Shown here: in pieces, positions 19,482 through 29,272 of the stretch | Layout of the letters: the number at the start of each line of letters is the position of its first letter | Numbering within the stretch: position 1 is the stretch's first letter | Assembly: GCA_963826785.1 (NCBI GenBank) | Contig: CAWGYD010000003.1 | Span: 1 to 64,000, forward strand | Length of the DNA: 64,000 bases | DNA from: an uncultured delta proteobacterium | Lineage (GTDB): Bacteria > Desulfobacterota > Desulfobacteria > Desulfobacterales > Desulfosalsimonadaceae | Direction of reading: 5' to 3' | The notes under the pieces: generated by a model | What the model was told of the DNA's origin: nothing | What the model saw: the letters and a program-made list of their open reading frames with translations, nothing else | Databases searched by the model: none | Translations under genes and position numbers: made by a program

Positions 19482-19537
19482 GCCGCACACCCCCCTTTAA
19501 TTCCCCCCTCGAGGGGGGACCAAGGGGGGTGTGCGGC
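19482..19537. repeat. Nested GC-rich palindrome (REP-like element)
   Basis: GCCGCACACCCCCCTT ... AAGGGGGGTGTGCGGC (perfect 16-bp arms) enclosing the perfect palindrome TCCCCCCTCGAGGGGGGA. Confidence 0.75.
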
Positions 19538-19637
19538 TCTGCGGAAGCAAAAAATGAAATTATTCAAAGCGTCTTGTCCGAGTTAAAGACCATAAAAGCA
19601 TTTTTCTATCAAGTTCGCCAAAATAAACATGCCGACA

Positions 19638-21919
19638 TCAGAACAGGGATTTCACCTTGCCCTGAAATTCAAGCCGGACCGCATCCACATCATCGAGTTC
19701 GGCAATCACCCGGGGGGAGAGCATGATGATCAGTTCGGTCTTTTCGGTCGATTCGGAAGTCTGGCCAAAGAAGAAATTGATCACCGGGAGCTTTATGAAC
19801 CATGGGACCCCCGTCTCGCCTTTTGATCGGGTTTCCTTGATCAGGCCGCCGATGACGATGGTCTGCCCGCTCTGAACGGTGAGGGTGGTTTCCGTGCTTC
19901 TTTTAAAAAAAGACGGGTACAGCCTGCCCCCCACAAGGACGCTGCCGGCCTGTTCACTCACTTCCTGGGCGATCTCCATGGTCACCAGACCCATTTCATT
20001 GATGTTTGGCGTAACTGAGAGCATCACCCCGGTATCCCGGTACTGGATATCGGTTTCAATCAAATCATTGTCGCTGGAAGTATACTGGTACTGTGAACTG
20101 GCCACCGGAATCTCGGTGGAGATATCGATCTTGGCGGGCTTGGAGTTGGAGGCCAGCACGGACGGGGACGACAGGATGTTGACCCGGTCCTCCTTCGCCA
20201 GTGCCGTCAGGGTGGCCCTCCACCGGCCCTCACTTCCGATGGTGTACCTCAGACCCGCCGATCCTGCGGCTGCGCTGAGAAGGCTGGTGCTGAGCGATTC
20301 ATCGGCTTTGGCATATGTCCATTCTACTCCCAGATCCAATCCCTTGTTCAATGCGATCTCCGCGATAGTGACCTCGATGAGCACCTGCCGGGGCAGGATA
20401 TCAAGCTGTGCCAAAAGGGTTTTGATCACCTGATAATCGGCCGGAGTCGCCTGAATGATCAGAGAATTGCGGGACTCGTCAGCGGTGATATTCACCTCCC
20501 CGTAAAGCTTTCCGGTGCCCATCGATACATCCGGCCCTGCCGCGGACGGAATGGCCGCCGGGGGCGGAACCGGTGCCGGCTGGGCTTCGGCTTTTTCCTC
20601 TTTTTTGGCATTCATGCCGAAGGGGTTTCGCGGCAATCCGTATTTCTCTTCTTTTTTGGATTGAGCGGCCTTGGATTCGGTTCTTCCTGAAAAAACCTGG
20701 TTCAGCAGGTCGGCGATTTCTCCCGCCTGCCCGTTTTTGACCGGATAGACGAACAGGCCGGGTTCGGTGCTCAGGCTGGGCACATCATATTGTTTGATAA
20801 ACCGGTCGATCTCATCAAATACTTTCGGTTTTGAACTCACCGCCAAAAGGGTATTGAGCCGGGTGATCGGAATGAAACTGGTGCTGTCCTTTATGCCGGG
20901 GCCGTATGCCGTGAAAACCTGCTCCATGATCGTCGCGAGGGATTCCGCCTCTCCGTACTGCAGGGTGTAAAACCGGTGATTGACATTCTCGAAAATATCG
21001 GTGTCGAACACGTCCACCAGCCGCAGAATCTTATCGATGTTCTGGGCCTTGTCCACCACCACCAGCAGGCCGGCGCTGTCCTGGGAAACCATGGCCCCCT
21101 CTGCGGAGACAAAGGGCGCCAGGATTTTGGTCATTTCCTGGGGTGAAATCGACTGCAGTGGAATCACCTGAATGATGACCCGCTCCCCTTGCGGCAGCAT
21201 TGAATTGTCTCTTCCGATCCGGGAGGTGATGGGCAGCCGCGAAGCGTCCTTGATGGGGACAATGCGATAGAATCTGTCCTGCTTGACGGCGGTCAGGCCA
21301 TTGAGTTCCAGAATCTGATAAAAAACCGTAAAAAGGTCTTTGCGGCCCAGTTCTCCCGCCGTATGAACCGTCACTTTCCCCCCGATACCCGGATCGATCA
21401 TGTAGTTGATCTTCAGCAGGTCCGCCATGGTGCGGATCACCTCCACCAGATCGGCGTTGTCGAAGTTAAAGACCAGTTTCGCCGATTCCGGGGTTTGTTC
21501 GGGGGCAGGCTTCTCATCAGGGGATTCCAGCGGCCTTTTCGGGGTTTCTTTTTCCGGCGCCGGGGCGGTATCGGATATTTCGGCCAGTTTCCGTGTTCGA
21601 CTGGCTTTGATTGGTTTCCCTGCGGTTTTTCTTTGCACCACGATCTTTTTTGGGCCGTGGGTCAGCCGGCGGCTTTTTTTCCGCGGTGGTCCTGTTTGGC
21701 TGCAAGAGATTTTGCTTGATCCGTTTCAGCCGGTTTCGTCGCATTCAGCCCACTCGAGATTTATGGGGGCCGGACTTTCAACAGATGCGGCATCAGCATC
21801 CGACTGATCTGACAATCCGGGGAAAACTCGCCTGTTTCCGGCACAGCCGGCGCCCATGAGCAGAAAAACGGATATGGCACAAATGGCCGGAAGCTTGTTG
21901 AAGAACTAGTTCTGTTCAC
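19638..21919 (-). CDS. gspD: Type II secretion secretin with lipoprotein signal; N-terminus frameshifted
   Basis: FNFDNADL (N0 domain), LDILPRQVLIEVTIAE, NILSSPS, YRDTGVMLSVTP, GQTIVIGGLI, VPWFIKLP, TELIIMLSPRV. Upstream frames give GTG at 21919 and ...AISVFLLMGAGC. Confidence 0.92.
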
Positions 21920-21921
21920 GA

Positions 21922-22671
21922 TTATTTTCTCTTTCTTTTGATCTTTCCAAACGGCGTATCAACGATTTCGTACTGACCGTCTTCGGATATGGTGACTTTT
22001 TCCTGAAACCCCGAGGAGGGCTTGGCTGGGGCTGCATTCGGAAGACCGGGTTTTGCATTGGGAGCCGTTCCCGGTTTTACATTTGGCGAGGGGGCACTTT
22101 CTGCTGCCGCGCCTGCATTGACGATTTCCGGCCCTCCTCGCGGTTTGACCTGGCGCGCCTTCTGTTTGCTTTTTTCAGGGTCATACAGCAGAATGTTGAA
22201 GGCGTTCGTGCCGTCGTTTAACACCACGAAATCCTGCTCGATCTGATCCACCCTGAGATTGCCGATCTGATCCCCCTCCGCGATCCACAATTGGCTGCGG
22301 GGGTCTTTTTTGGTATCCACATTGTTGATCAGCGCCTTCTTGACATCGCCCAGCATCAGGACACCATACAAGACGACCTTTTCCCCTGAGATCCGGACAT
22401 CTTCTTCCACCGGATCGGGATCGGCGGCTTCCGGGATGTATTCGGCCCGGTCCGGGGAAAACAGATTTTCCGCCACCACATCCTCATAGGCGGATTCCGG
22501 CTGCAGGCGGGACTCCGTTCCGGCCTTGGCCACGGGCGGAAGCTGATTGGGCTTCCGGGCGGCGTCCTGGGCGATAACTTCTTTGGCCTGCCAGACATCC
22601 CAGATGCTCGCACCGACCACGACCAGCACCCCGGCAAGAATGATATTAATCAACCATATTTTTGAAAACAT
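21922..22671 (-). CDS. gspC: T2SS GspC-like inner-membrane protein
   Basis: N-terminal TM, NLFSPDR, VLYGVL..KALI..WIAEGDQIG...IEQDFVVL (HR-like domain); lies immediately upstream of the secretin. Confidence 0.65.
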   Translation of the reverse strand: MFSKIWLINIILAGVLVVVGASIWDVWQAKEVIAQDAARKPNQLPPVAKAGTESRLQPESAYEDVVAENLFSPDRAEYIPEAADPDPVEEDVRISGEKVVLYGVLMLGDVKKALINNVDTKKDPRSQLWIAEGDQIGNLRVDQIEQDFVVLNDGTNAFNILLYDPEKSKQKARQVKPRGGPEIVNAGAAAESAPSPNVKPGTAPNAKPGLPNAAPAKPSSGFQEKVTISEDGQYEIVDTPFGKIKRKRK

Positions 22672-22785
22672 GCGAATCTTTCCATTTGCTTTAAATTCAG
22701 GGCGAATCTACTCATGCGCCTGCTTATCATCCTGCTCCGATTTTTTGAGCAAGGGCACGAGGAAAAGACGGGTGAAAAATTCCCG

Positions 22786-23373
22786 CTAACTTTTTCCTTT
22801 TGGTTTCATGACCCCCTCGACGGTCAGGGTGCTCCGGATGTCTCCGGCCTGTCTTCTGGCATTGGAATCGACATCCAGTTCGGAAATAATGAGCAGCTTG
22901 TCCGCCGATTCGATCCCATAGATGATTTCCTTGAGCTGACGCACGTTGGATTGAATGGCAAACGAAACGGGAATTCTGACCAGATCGGTCTCTTTGGATT
23001 CCACCGGCTTGAGCACCCGCATGGAATCGATTTTGACATTGCTGGCCCCGGTGATATCGTTCAAGGCCTTCTGGATCTCCACCGCCGCCAGCATCGGGGT
23101 TTCCCCGGGCAGGAATCGCGCATCCGCTTTCAAAAGCGCCTTTTGAAGCTGATCCCGCTGCCGCTCGGCCGACTTGCGCTGGGCGGCCATTTTTCCATAT
23201 TTTTCCAACTGTATCGTTTTTAAGGCAATTTCATCCGAGCGGGAAAATACATCGGAAAAGGCGGGATAAAACCGGTACCAGGCCGCCATGAGCAGGAGCA
23301 CGGCTCCGACTGCCAGAATGATTTTGCGTTCCCGGTTGAGTTTCATATTGATACGCATGCCAGACAGCCTCAC
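22786..23373 (-). CDS. gspM: T2SS GspM/PilO-like protein
   Basis: LNRERKIIL + TM, coiled coil, ferredoxin-like C-terminus (IYGIES..LLIISELDV); operon position. Confidence 0.75.
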   Translation of the reverse strand: MRLSGMRINMKLNRERKIILAVGAVLLLMAAWYRFYPAFSDVFSRSDEIALKTIQLEKYGKMAAQRKSAERQRDQLQKALLKADARFLPGETPMLAAVEIQKALNDITGASNVKIDSMRVLKPVESKETDLVRIPVSFAIQSNVRQLKEIIYGIESADKLLIISELDVDSNARRQAGDIRSTLTVEGVMKPKGKS

Positions 23374-23385
23374 TTCCCGGTGGTG

Positions 23386-24738
23386 TTATTGACGGTCAGT
23401 CCCAATCCGAAAAACTTCCTGATCATCTCTTCCCTTCCGGATGGTGGACAAAAATTCGACGTTTTCAAACAGGGGGGATTCCTCCAGCAGATAAATCAGC
23501 TCTGAAGCGGACTGGGCCGTGCCGTAAAGGGTCAATTTGCTGCCGGAGAGCTTTACATTCCGGACCCAGGCTGTTTTAGGGATTTTTACACTCAGTTCAT
23601 CCAGTATTTCGATCACCCGGACATTTCCCGGAACCAGCGACCGGAGGTAGGCCAACCGGCCCTGCATCCGGGTGATCTCCGATTGAATACTGGCCACTTC
23701 ACCGGCTTGATTCTGAAGACCGGCCAATTTATCGTTCATGCGCGCAAGCTGCTGCCGCTGGGTGATCATGCGGCTTCCGCCCCAGCCGATCAGGGCAAAA
23801 CAAAGCATCACCGAAAGGATCAGCGACAGATAAAACCCGGTGAGGTCCGGTTTCTTTCTCAGCACATGGGGCATGAGATTCATCTGCACCGGCAGGGTTT
23901 TGATCCCTTTCAGGGCCAGTGCATAGGCCGGGATCATCCGGGTTTCCAGGTCAAACGGCAAAGGGCCGGTAAATGTCGTTTGTTCAAACAAATTTTCATT
24001 CACAGGGGCCCCATTCGTATTCCCGGTATAATCAATCAAGGGGACTTTCTGGTCGACTTCGAAAAACCGGTTTCGGATGGGGGTGAGATAATCTTTGCCA
24101 TCTTCTGAAATGTCCGATGCGGAAAGGGTTTTTGCATACACCAAGGCCCGGTTTCGCACAATGACCAGTTCTGCACCGGCCTCATCCGAATACCGGATCA
24201 GGGCCGATGAAAAAGTGCCGTTTGACCGCGCCAGGTGAAAATTGGCCAGGGCCGCCGGCATGATTTCGATTCCCGTCACCCCCTGATCCAGACGGTCCAC
24301 CAGGGTCAGATAAGGGTCTAAGGTTTCCTTTTTAACCGCCGTCAGCAGAACACGGATTTTCTCTTCTGCCTTCTGCTCGGCAATGACCTGATAATCAAAA
24401 TAAATATCATCAATTGACAATGGAATGTATTTATCCATTTCATACGTCAGGGTGGCCCCGAGATTTTCTTTGACCGCCGCGGGAAATTCGATTTCCCGGA
24501 GCATGGCCATGTTCCCTGAAACGCCCAGGTAAATACCGGAGGCAGACACGTTTGATTCTTTCAAGAACTGATTGATCCGGCCGGATAGCGCTTCAATCTG
24601 GTCGATCAAACGCACCTGGGCATCAATGGCGAAACTCGATGCAGCGCAGAGCTTTACCCCTTTGAAAGAACCCTTCAAATAAACGAGATTCACCCGGTCC
24701 GGGCGGATATCGATGCCTACGCCTGAATTAAACAGCAC
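23386..24738 (-). CDS. gspL: T2SS GspL-like protein (PilM actin-like + PilN domains)
   Basis: GVGIDI, YIPLSIDDIYFDY, MNLMP + TM, LDELSVKIPKTAW, LYGTAQSA, LEESPLFENVEF. Confidence 0.75.
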   Translation of the reverse strand: MLFNSGVGIDIRPDRVNLVYLKGSFKGVKLCAASSFAIDAQVRLIDQIEALSGRINQFLKESNVSASGIYLGVSGNMAMLREIEFPAAVKENLGATLTYEMDKYIPLSIDDIYFDYQVIAEQKAEEKIRVLLTAVKKETLDPYLTLVDRLDQGVTGIEIMPAALANFHLARSNGTFSSALIRYSDEAGAELVIVRNRALVYAKTLSASDISEDGKDYLTPIRNRFFEVDQKVPLIDYTGNTNGAPVNENLFEQTTFTGPLPFDLETRMIPAYALALKGIKTLPVQMNLMPHVLRKKPDLTGFYLSLILSVMLCFALIGWGGSRMITQRQQLARMNDKLAGLQNQAGEVASIQSEITRMQGRLAYLRSLVPGNVRVIEILDELSVKIPKTAWVRNVKLSGSKLTLYGTAQSASELIYLLEESPLFENVEFLSTIRKGRDDQEVFRIGTDRQ

Positions 24739-24784
24739 TATCGTGTTATCCTTATCCTGATTTTAAGCTGGTCTGTCCTTGTGA

Positions 24785-25912
24785 TCATGCGTTTTTCTCC
24801 CGGGTTGGATCTGCCACCGGCGGCCTGAACAAATCTTCATCCTGCCACCCGATGATCCGGTATTTGCCGGGAATTTTCGGGTTGAACCAGACCTCGGCGC
24901 ATATCCCTGAAGTGATCCGGCTGCCTGCAATCCGTCCGATGGAATGCAGGGTGTAATAGGGAGACGATTCGGTGGTCAGATACCGGGAAACGGACTGGTA
25001 TACTTCCGGGCCGACAATTTCCTGAAGCTGGGAAATCGATTTGAAATCCTGCTCCTTGCGAAACTCCATGATTTTTGAGATCAGGTCCGGATCCATCTTG
25101 GGAAATGCCGCCCACAGGGCCGGTGAAATGGCGTTGATATTCAGGCGGCCGGTGCTTTCCTCCCTGGATTGCCGAGACCGCCGGGTTCGGCTGGCGGTCC
25201 GGCTTTTCCTGGCCGGCTCGGCAGTGTCGGCCGGAAAAACGGCCAGCCGTTTTTCCAGACCGCCGAAATACAGCCCCGGGGTGATGCCCCGGACCCGCAG
25301 CAGTTCCTCCACATTCTCGAAATCGGCATTCTTGGCCTCATAGGGCTTGGGCAGGGACTTGTAATAATCATCTTCAGCCCCGTTGGTGCGGTGAAAATCG
25401 TCCGCATCCCGCCAGTCCAGTATGGAATCGACAATGATCTCCTTTTCCGTGTCATCGAGTTCAAAATCGCCCAGGACCAGCAGCAGCATCTGCCGGTCTG
25501 CCGTATTGATATCGATTTTTCCGCTCTGGTTTTCAATCCAGACCTGAAATTCCCCGCCGCCCAGCAGGATCACCGGATTTTCCGTATTGACCCGCCAGGG
25601 GACCGGTTTTGCATCATCGGTCAACCCCTCCACCGTGGTGACCGGTTCCGGCGTCCCCCCGTTGTTGACCACTTCCGCGATAGCCTGGTTCACCCCGGCC
25701 ATAGCCAGGTAATACGCCTGGGTGGTTTCCTTGAGATTGCGGGTCGTGTTGGTCCTCACCCGCATGGAGAAACAGAATTCCGTCACGATCACCATCAGCA
25801 GCATCAGAATCCAGGTCACCATTAACAGGGCGATTCCGTGGTTGTTCAATGCCCGAACGGAAAGCACATCTTTTGGCCCAATACTGCGTTTACTGAAATT
25901 TTTGATCCTCAA
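24785..25912 (-). CDS. gspK: T2SS minor pseudopilin K
   Basis: GIALLMVTW, AYYLAMAGV, SGKIDIN, ILDWRDAD, GAEDDYY, EELLRVRGIT, LNIN; start tentative (TTG overlapping the gspJ stop). Confidence 0.9.
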   Translation of the reverse strand: MRIKNFSKRSIGPKDVLSVRALNNHGIALLMVTWILMLLMVIVTEFCFSMRVRTNTTRNLKETTQAYYLAMAGVNQAIAEVVNNGGTPEPVTTVEGLTDDAKPVPWRVNTENPVILLGGGEFQVWIENQSGKIDINTADRQMLLLVLGDFELDDTEKEIIVDSILDWRDADDFHRTNGAEDDYYKSLPKPYEAKNADFENVEELLRVRGITPGLYFGGLEKRLAVFPADTAEPARKSRTASRTRRSRQSREESTGRLNINAISPALWAAFPKMDPDLISKIMEFRKEQDFKSISQLQEIVGPEVYQSVSRYLTTESSPYYTLHSIGRIAGSRITSGICAEVWFNPKIPGKYRIIGWQDEDLFRPPVADPTREKNA

Positions 25913-26559
25913 CCCCCAGCCAAATTTTGGGTCCTCACCGGCGCCACCACCCGGATGGCAGGAGAATGTGCATCGGTTTGCAGGGTGATCCGGACCGCTT
26001 GGGGGATCTGCCCGGCCTGTTCCGGGTCCCATTGGTTAACCCACTCCAGCTTATCCGATTCCACCGATTGGAGGTACTCAAAGGTGATTTCCGCGATATT
26101 GCCCATCAACGTGACCATGTCTTCGTCGCGGGGAGGATCGAAAAGCCGGTCCGGTTCCGCAAACGCGATGTTCTGTTCGTAAATCATCAGTGACCGGGTA
26201 TCGTTTTTCCCGTCCCTGACAATCCGGTACATGACCAGAACCCTTCCCAGTTCGTTTCCCGGAACGAGGGCGACATCCGATACGAAGCTCATGGTTTCCG
26301 CATCCCCGTAAAAATAAAACGGGGCCTCATCCTTCCTGAAAATTCCGGTCCGGCTGATGGACGCCAACTGCTGTTTCACCAGATCCGGAACGATCTGGAG
26401 ATGCTGGGATTGCTCAAGGTCCCTTTCCCCGTGCTCCCATGCGCGCACCCCGATGCGAAAAGCCCCCATGACGATGACCAAAACCACCGACAAAAGCGTA
26501 ATGGCGATCAGCACCTCAAGGAGGGTGAACCCCATCCGGTTATCCGCTCGACGCCACAT
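25909..26559 (-). CDS. gspJ: T2SS minor pseudopilin J
   Basis: Prepilin motif G/FTLLEVLIAI, C-terminal W...IPQAVRITL. Confidence 0.85.
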   Translation of the reverse strand: MWRRADNRMGFTLLEVLIAITLLSVVLVIVMGAFRIGVRAWEHGERDLEQSQHLQIVPDLVKQQLASISRTGIFRKDEAPFYFYGDAETMSFVSDVALVPGNELGRVLVMYRIVRDGKNDTRSLMIYEQNIAFAEPDRLFDPPRDEDMVTLMGNIAEITFEYLQSVESDKLEWVNQWDPEQAGQIPQAVRITLQTDAHSPAIRVVAPVRTQNLAGG

Positions 26560-27022
26560 CGACAAACCCGTCCGCACTGCCGGCGATTTTATTGGTATGA
26601 ATGACAAATCGTTTTTCCCGGCTCCCTGACATCCATTTGACGGTCACGGAAATATCGAGCAGAAGGGACTCCGGGGCGTCCGCTTCTTCGCCTTCGGGCA
26701 GGGCCGGAGCGATAACGGCCTCCCATTGATAACCGTCTTTAAACTCGCCGCTGAGGATGCCGGGCATAAGCGCTTCATTTAGCAGAAGTTCTTCCGTAAC
26801 TTCTCTTGCATGATATATGCCATACATATAGTCCGTGGACAGGGCACCCGATTTGAGCCCTCCGGAAAACAGCTGCATGACGATCACCAGCGAGACGGAA
26901 AGGACCATGAAGGAAACCAGGGTTTCGATCAGGGTGAACCCTTTCCCGGACCGGCAGCACAGAAGAAAAAAACAGCCCGACATGTTTTTTCCGGCCGGAG
27001 AATTTTTTCTCCCCATCTTCAT
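26540..27022 (-). CDS. gspI: T2SS minor pseudopilin I
   Basis: G/FTLIETLVSF; short; between gspH and gspJ. Confidence 0.8.
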   Translation of the reverse strand: MKMGRKNSPAGKNMSGCFFLLCCRSGKGFTLIETLVSFMVLSVSLVIVMQLFSGGLKSGALSTDYMYGIYHAREVTEELLLNEALMPGILSGEFKDGYQWEAVIAPALPEGEEADAPESLLLDISVTVKWMSGSREKRFVIHTNKIAGSADGFVDVASSG

Positions 27023-27525
27023 GTGGCCGCCCGTTCCAGCGGGTACAGTCTTACCGTTCCGGTGATGAAATCAACGGCAATGCCATAGCGCTTGCCCGAT
27101 GATCCGGCGAGCACCAGTTCTCCGCCGCTGCTGCTGCCCCTGGGGGAAAAGATGATCTTGAACAGCCCGGCATCCACCGAGACTTCGCCGGAACTCGCAC
27201 TTTCAAGCCTCACCCCTTCCGGAAAACCGTAGATGATATCCGCTTTTTCCTCGATGTCTGCATCTTCGACATAGACGGATTCCGGCGTGGGCCGGGAATA
27301 GGTCAGCATCCGGCGCTTCTCAAAATCGAACACCGCCACCCGGTAGGTCCGCTCCGAAACGGCCTGGCTGCGCAGATATCGCAGTGTGCCGGCGGTCTTC
27401 TGCGCGGCGGTCTTCAAGCTCAGCTGTCCGAGGGGTGCCACAATGCGCGGGATCACGAACACGGATGACAGGCTGATCACCACCAGCACCACCAGCAGTT
27501 CGATCAGGGTGAAGCCGTTTTTCAT
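27019..27525 (-). CDS. gspH: T2SS minor pseudopilin H
   Basis: G/FTLIELLVVL, RSQAV, IIFSPRGSSSGG, VDFITG. Confidence 0.85.
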   Translation of the reverse strand: MKNGFTLIELLVVLVVISLSSVFVIPRIVAPLGQLSLKTAAQKTAGTLRYLRSQAVSERTYRVAVFDFEKRRMLTYSRPTPESVYVEDADIEEKADIIYGFPEGVRLESASSGEVSVDAGLFKIIFSPRGSSSGGELVLAGSSGKRYGIAVDFITGTVRLYPLERAAT

Positions 27526-27535
27526 ATCACCGATT

Positions 27536-27967
27536 TCATTTATTCAGGCTTTTCCAGCTCACGATGTCGGCGTCGTTCCCCTCGCCCCCCGGCTGACCGT
27601 CGGCGCCGTAGGAAACGATATCGTAATCCCCGTGTTCGCCGGGAAAACGGTATTCATAGGGATGCCCCCAGGGATCCAGCGGGATCTCCTTGGGCAGGTA
27701 GGGACCATCCCAGTTTTCCTCGTCGTTCGGCTTGACCCGCAGGGACATAAGCCCCTGGTCCGTGGTGGGAAATTTCCCCACGTCCAGCCGGTAGGTATCG
27801 ATGGCGGTCTCGAACAATGAAATCTGCGACTGGGCCGCTATCTGCCTGGATCCGCTTTCCTGCTTGAAAAATCGGGGCCCCACCAGGGCGGCCAGAAGCC
27901 CCAGGATGATCATGACGATCAGAAGCTCGATCAGGGTGAAACCATTTTGATTCTTCAGATTCTTCAT
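27536..27967 (-). CDS. gspG: T2SS major pseudopilin
   Basis: G/FTLIELLIVM, YRLDVGKFPTTDQGL, WDGPYL, DPWGHPY, SYGADGQPGGEG; GGAG RBS before ATG 27967. Confidence 0.95.
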   Translation of the reverse strand: MKNLKNQNGFTLIELLIVMIILGLLAALVGPRFFKQESGSRQIAAQSQISLFETAIDTYRLDVGKFPTTDQGLMSLRVKPNDEENWDGPYLPKEIPLDPWGHPYEYRFPGEHGDYDIVSYGADGQPGGEGNDADIVSWKSLNK

Positions 27968-28039
27968 TCCTATACTCTCCTTCGACACCTGACAGGAAAA
28001 CGCTTTGACTCCAAAAGATCGCTTTTTTCCATCCAGGCA

Positions 28040-29269
28040 TTAAATTGCGATGTCGTTCATGGAAAAAACCGCCAGCAGCATGGATATGACGATAAAGCCC
28101 ACCACCAGCCCCATGATGAGGATCATGGCCGGCTCCATGAGATTCACCAGCCGCTTGATCATGTTCCGGACGGTCCGGTCGTAATTATCGGCCACCCTCA
28201 GCAGCATCTGGTCGAGTTTTCCGGTTTCCTCCCCCACTGCGATCATCTGGACGGCCAGGGGGGGAAATATTTCCGCCTGGGAAAGGGGCCTGGACAGGGT
28301 CTCGCCCTCTTTGACCCGTTCATAGACGGTCTGCAGCGTACCGGCGATCACCTTGTTGGTGATGATGTCCCGGACCAGCCCCAGCGCCTGCAGGATGGGA
28401 ACACCGCTTTTGATCAGGGTGCCCAGCGTCCTTGAAAATCGGGCCACTTCCACCGACCGTACTACATTTCCGAATATCGGCACGCTGAGCTTGAACCGGT
28501 CCGCCTTCAACCGGCCGGTCGTCGTCCGGAGGTATTTCCGAATCATGAAAACAGCACCCGCAATGATGGCCAGGATCAGCCACCAGTAGGCCCGCAGCCC
28601 ATGGCTGATGCTCAGGAGCATCTGGGTGGAAAACGGAATGGTCCGGCCCATATCGGAAAAGATCACGGAAAACTTCGGGATAACGAAGGTGAGCATGATC
28701 ACGATGGATATGCCGCCCACAAACACCAGGAAAAGCGGGTAGACCAGTGCGGATTTGATGTAGTCTTTGAGATCCTGCGCACTCTCCAGGAACTGGCCCA
28801 GCCGGTTGAGCACGGCCGGCAGCACGCCTCCGGCTTCACCCGCCCGGACCATGTTCACATAGAGCCGGGAAAAATGCCGCGGATGACGGGCCAGGGCATC
28901 GGACAGGGAATTTCCCCCCTGGACATTTTTGAGGATATCGGAAATCAGGTCTTTAAACCGGTCTTTTTCCGACACGTTTATCATCATGGACAGCGCCTTG
29001 TCCACCGGCAGCCCGGCTTCCAGGAGCGCGTGCAGGTCCTGGGTGAACATCAGGATATCCGCGGTGGTGATCCGCTGCAGCAGCCCGTTTATATTTACCG
29101 ACAGATCGGCATTGAACCGACCCGCCGCCGACCGGCCGGGTTCCACCCGGATGGGGATGTAGTTCATCGCCTGGAGCCTGGCGACGGCTTCTTTTTCGGC
29201 CGTGGCTTCGAGCGTTCCCCGGACCACGTTTCCGGCCCCATCGGTTGCCTTGTAGGAAAAAAGCGTCAT
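28040..29269 (-). CDS. gspF: T2SS inner-membrane platform protein
   Basis: LLEAGLP, YVNMVRAGEAGG, ALVYP, FSRTLGTLIKSGVP, MIAVGEETG, EP. Confidence 0.95.
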   Translation of the reverse strand: MTLFSYKATDGAGNVVRGTLEATAEKEAVARLQAMNYIPIRVEPGRSAAGRFNADLSVNINGLLQRITTADILMFTQDLHALLEAGLPVDKALSMMINVSEKDRFKDLISDILKNVQGGNSLSDALARHPRHFSRLYVNMVRAGEAGGVLPAVLNRLGQFLESAQDLKDYIKSALVYPLFLVFVGGISIVIMLTFVIPKFSVIFSDMGRTIPFSTQMLLSISHGLRAYWWLILAIIAGAVFMIRKYLRTTTGRLKADRFKLSVPIFGNVVRSVEVARFSRTLGTLIKSGVPILQALGLVRDIITNKVIAGTLQTVYERVKEGETLSRPLSQAEIFPPLAVQMIAVGEETGKLDQMLLRVADNYDRTVRNMIKRLVNLMEPAMILIMGLVVGFIVISMLLAVFSMNDIAI

Positions 29270-29272
29270 TTT

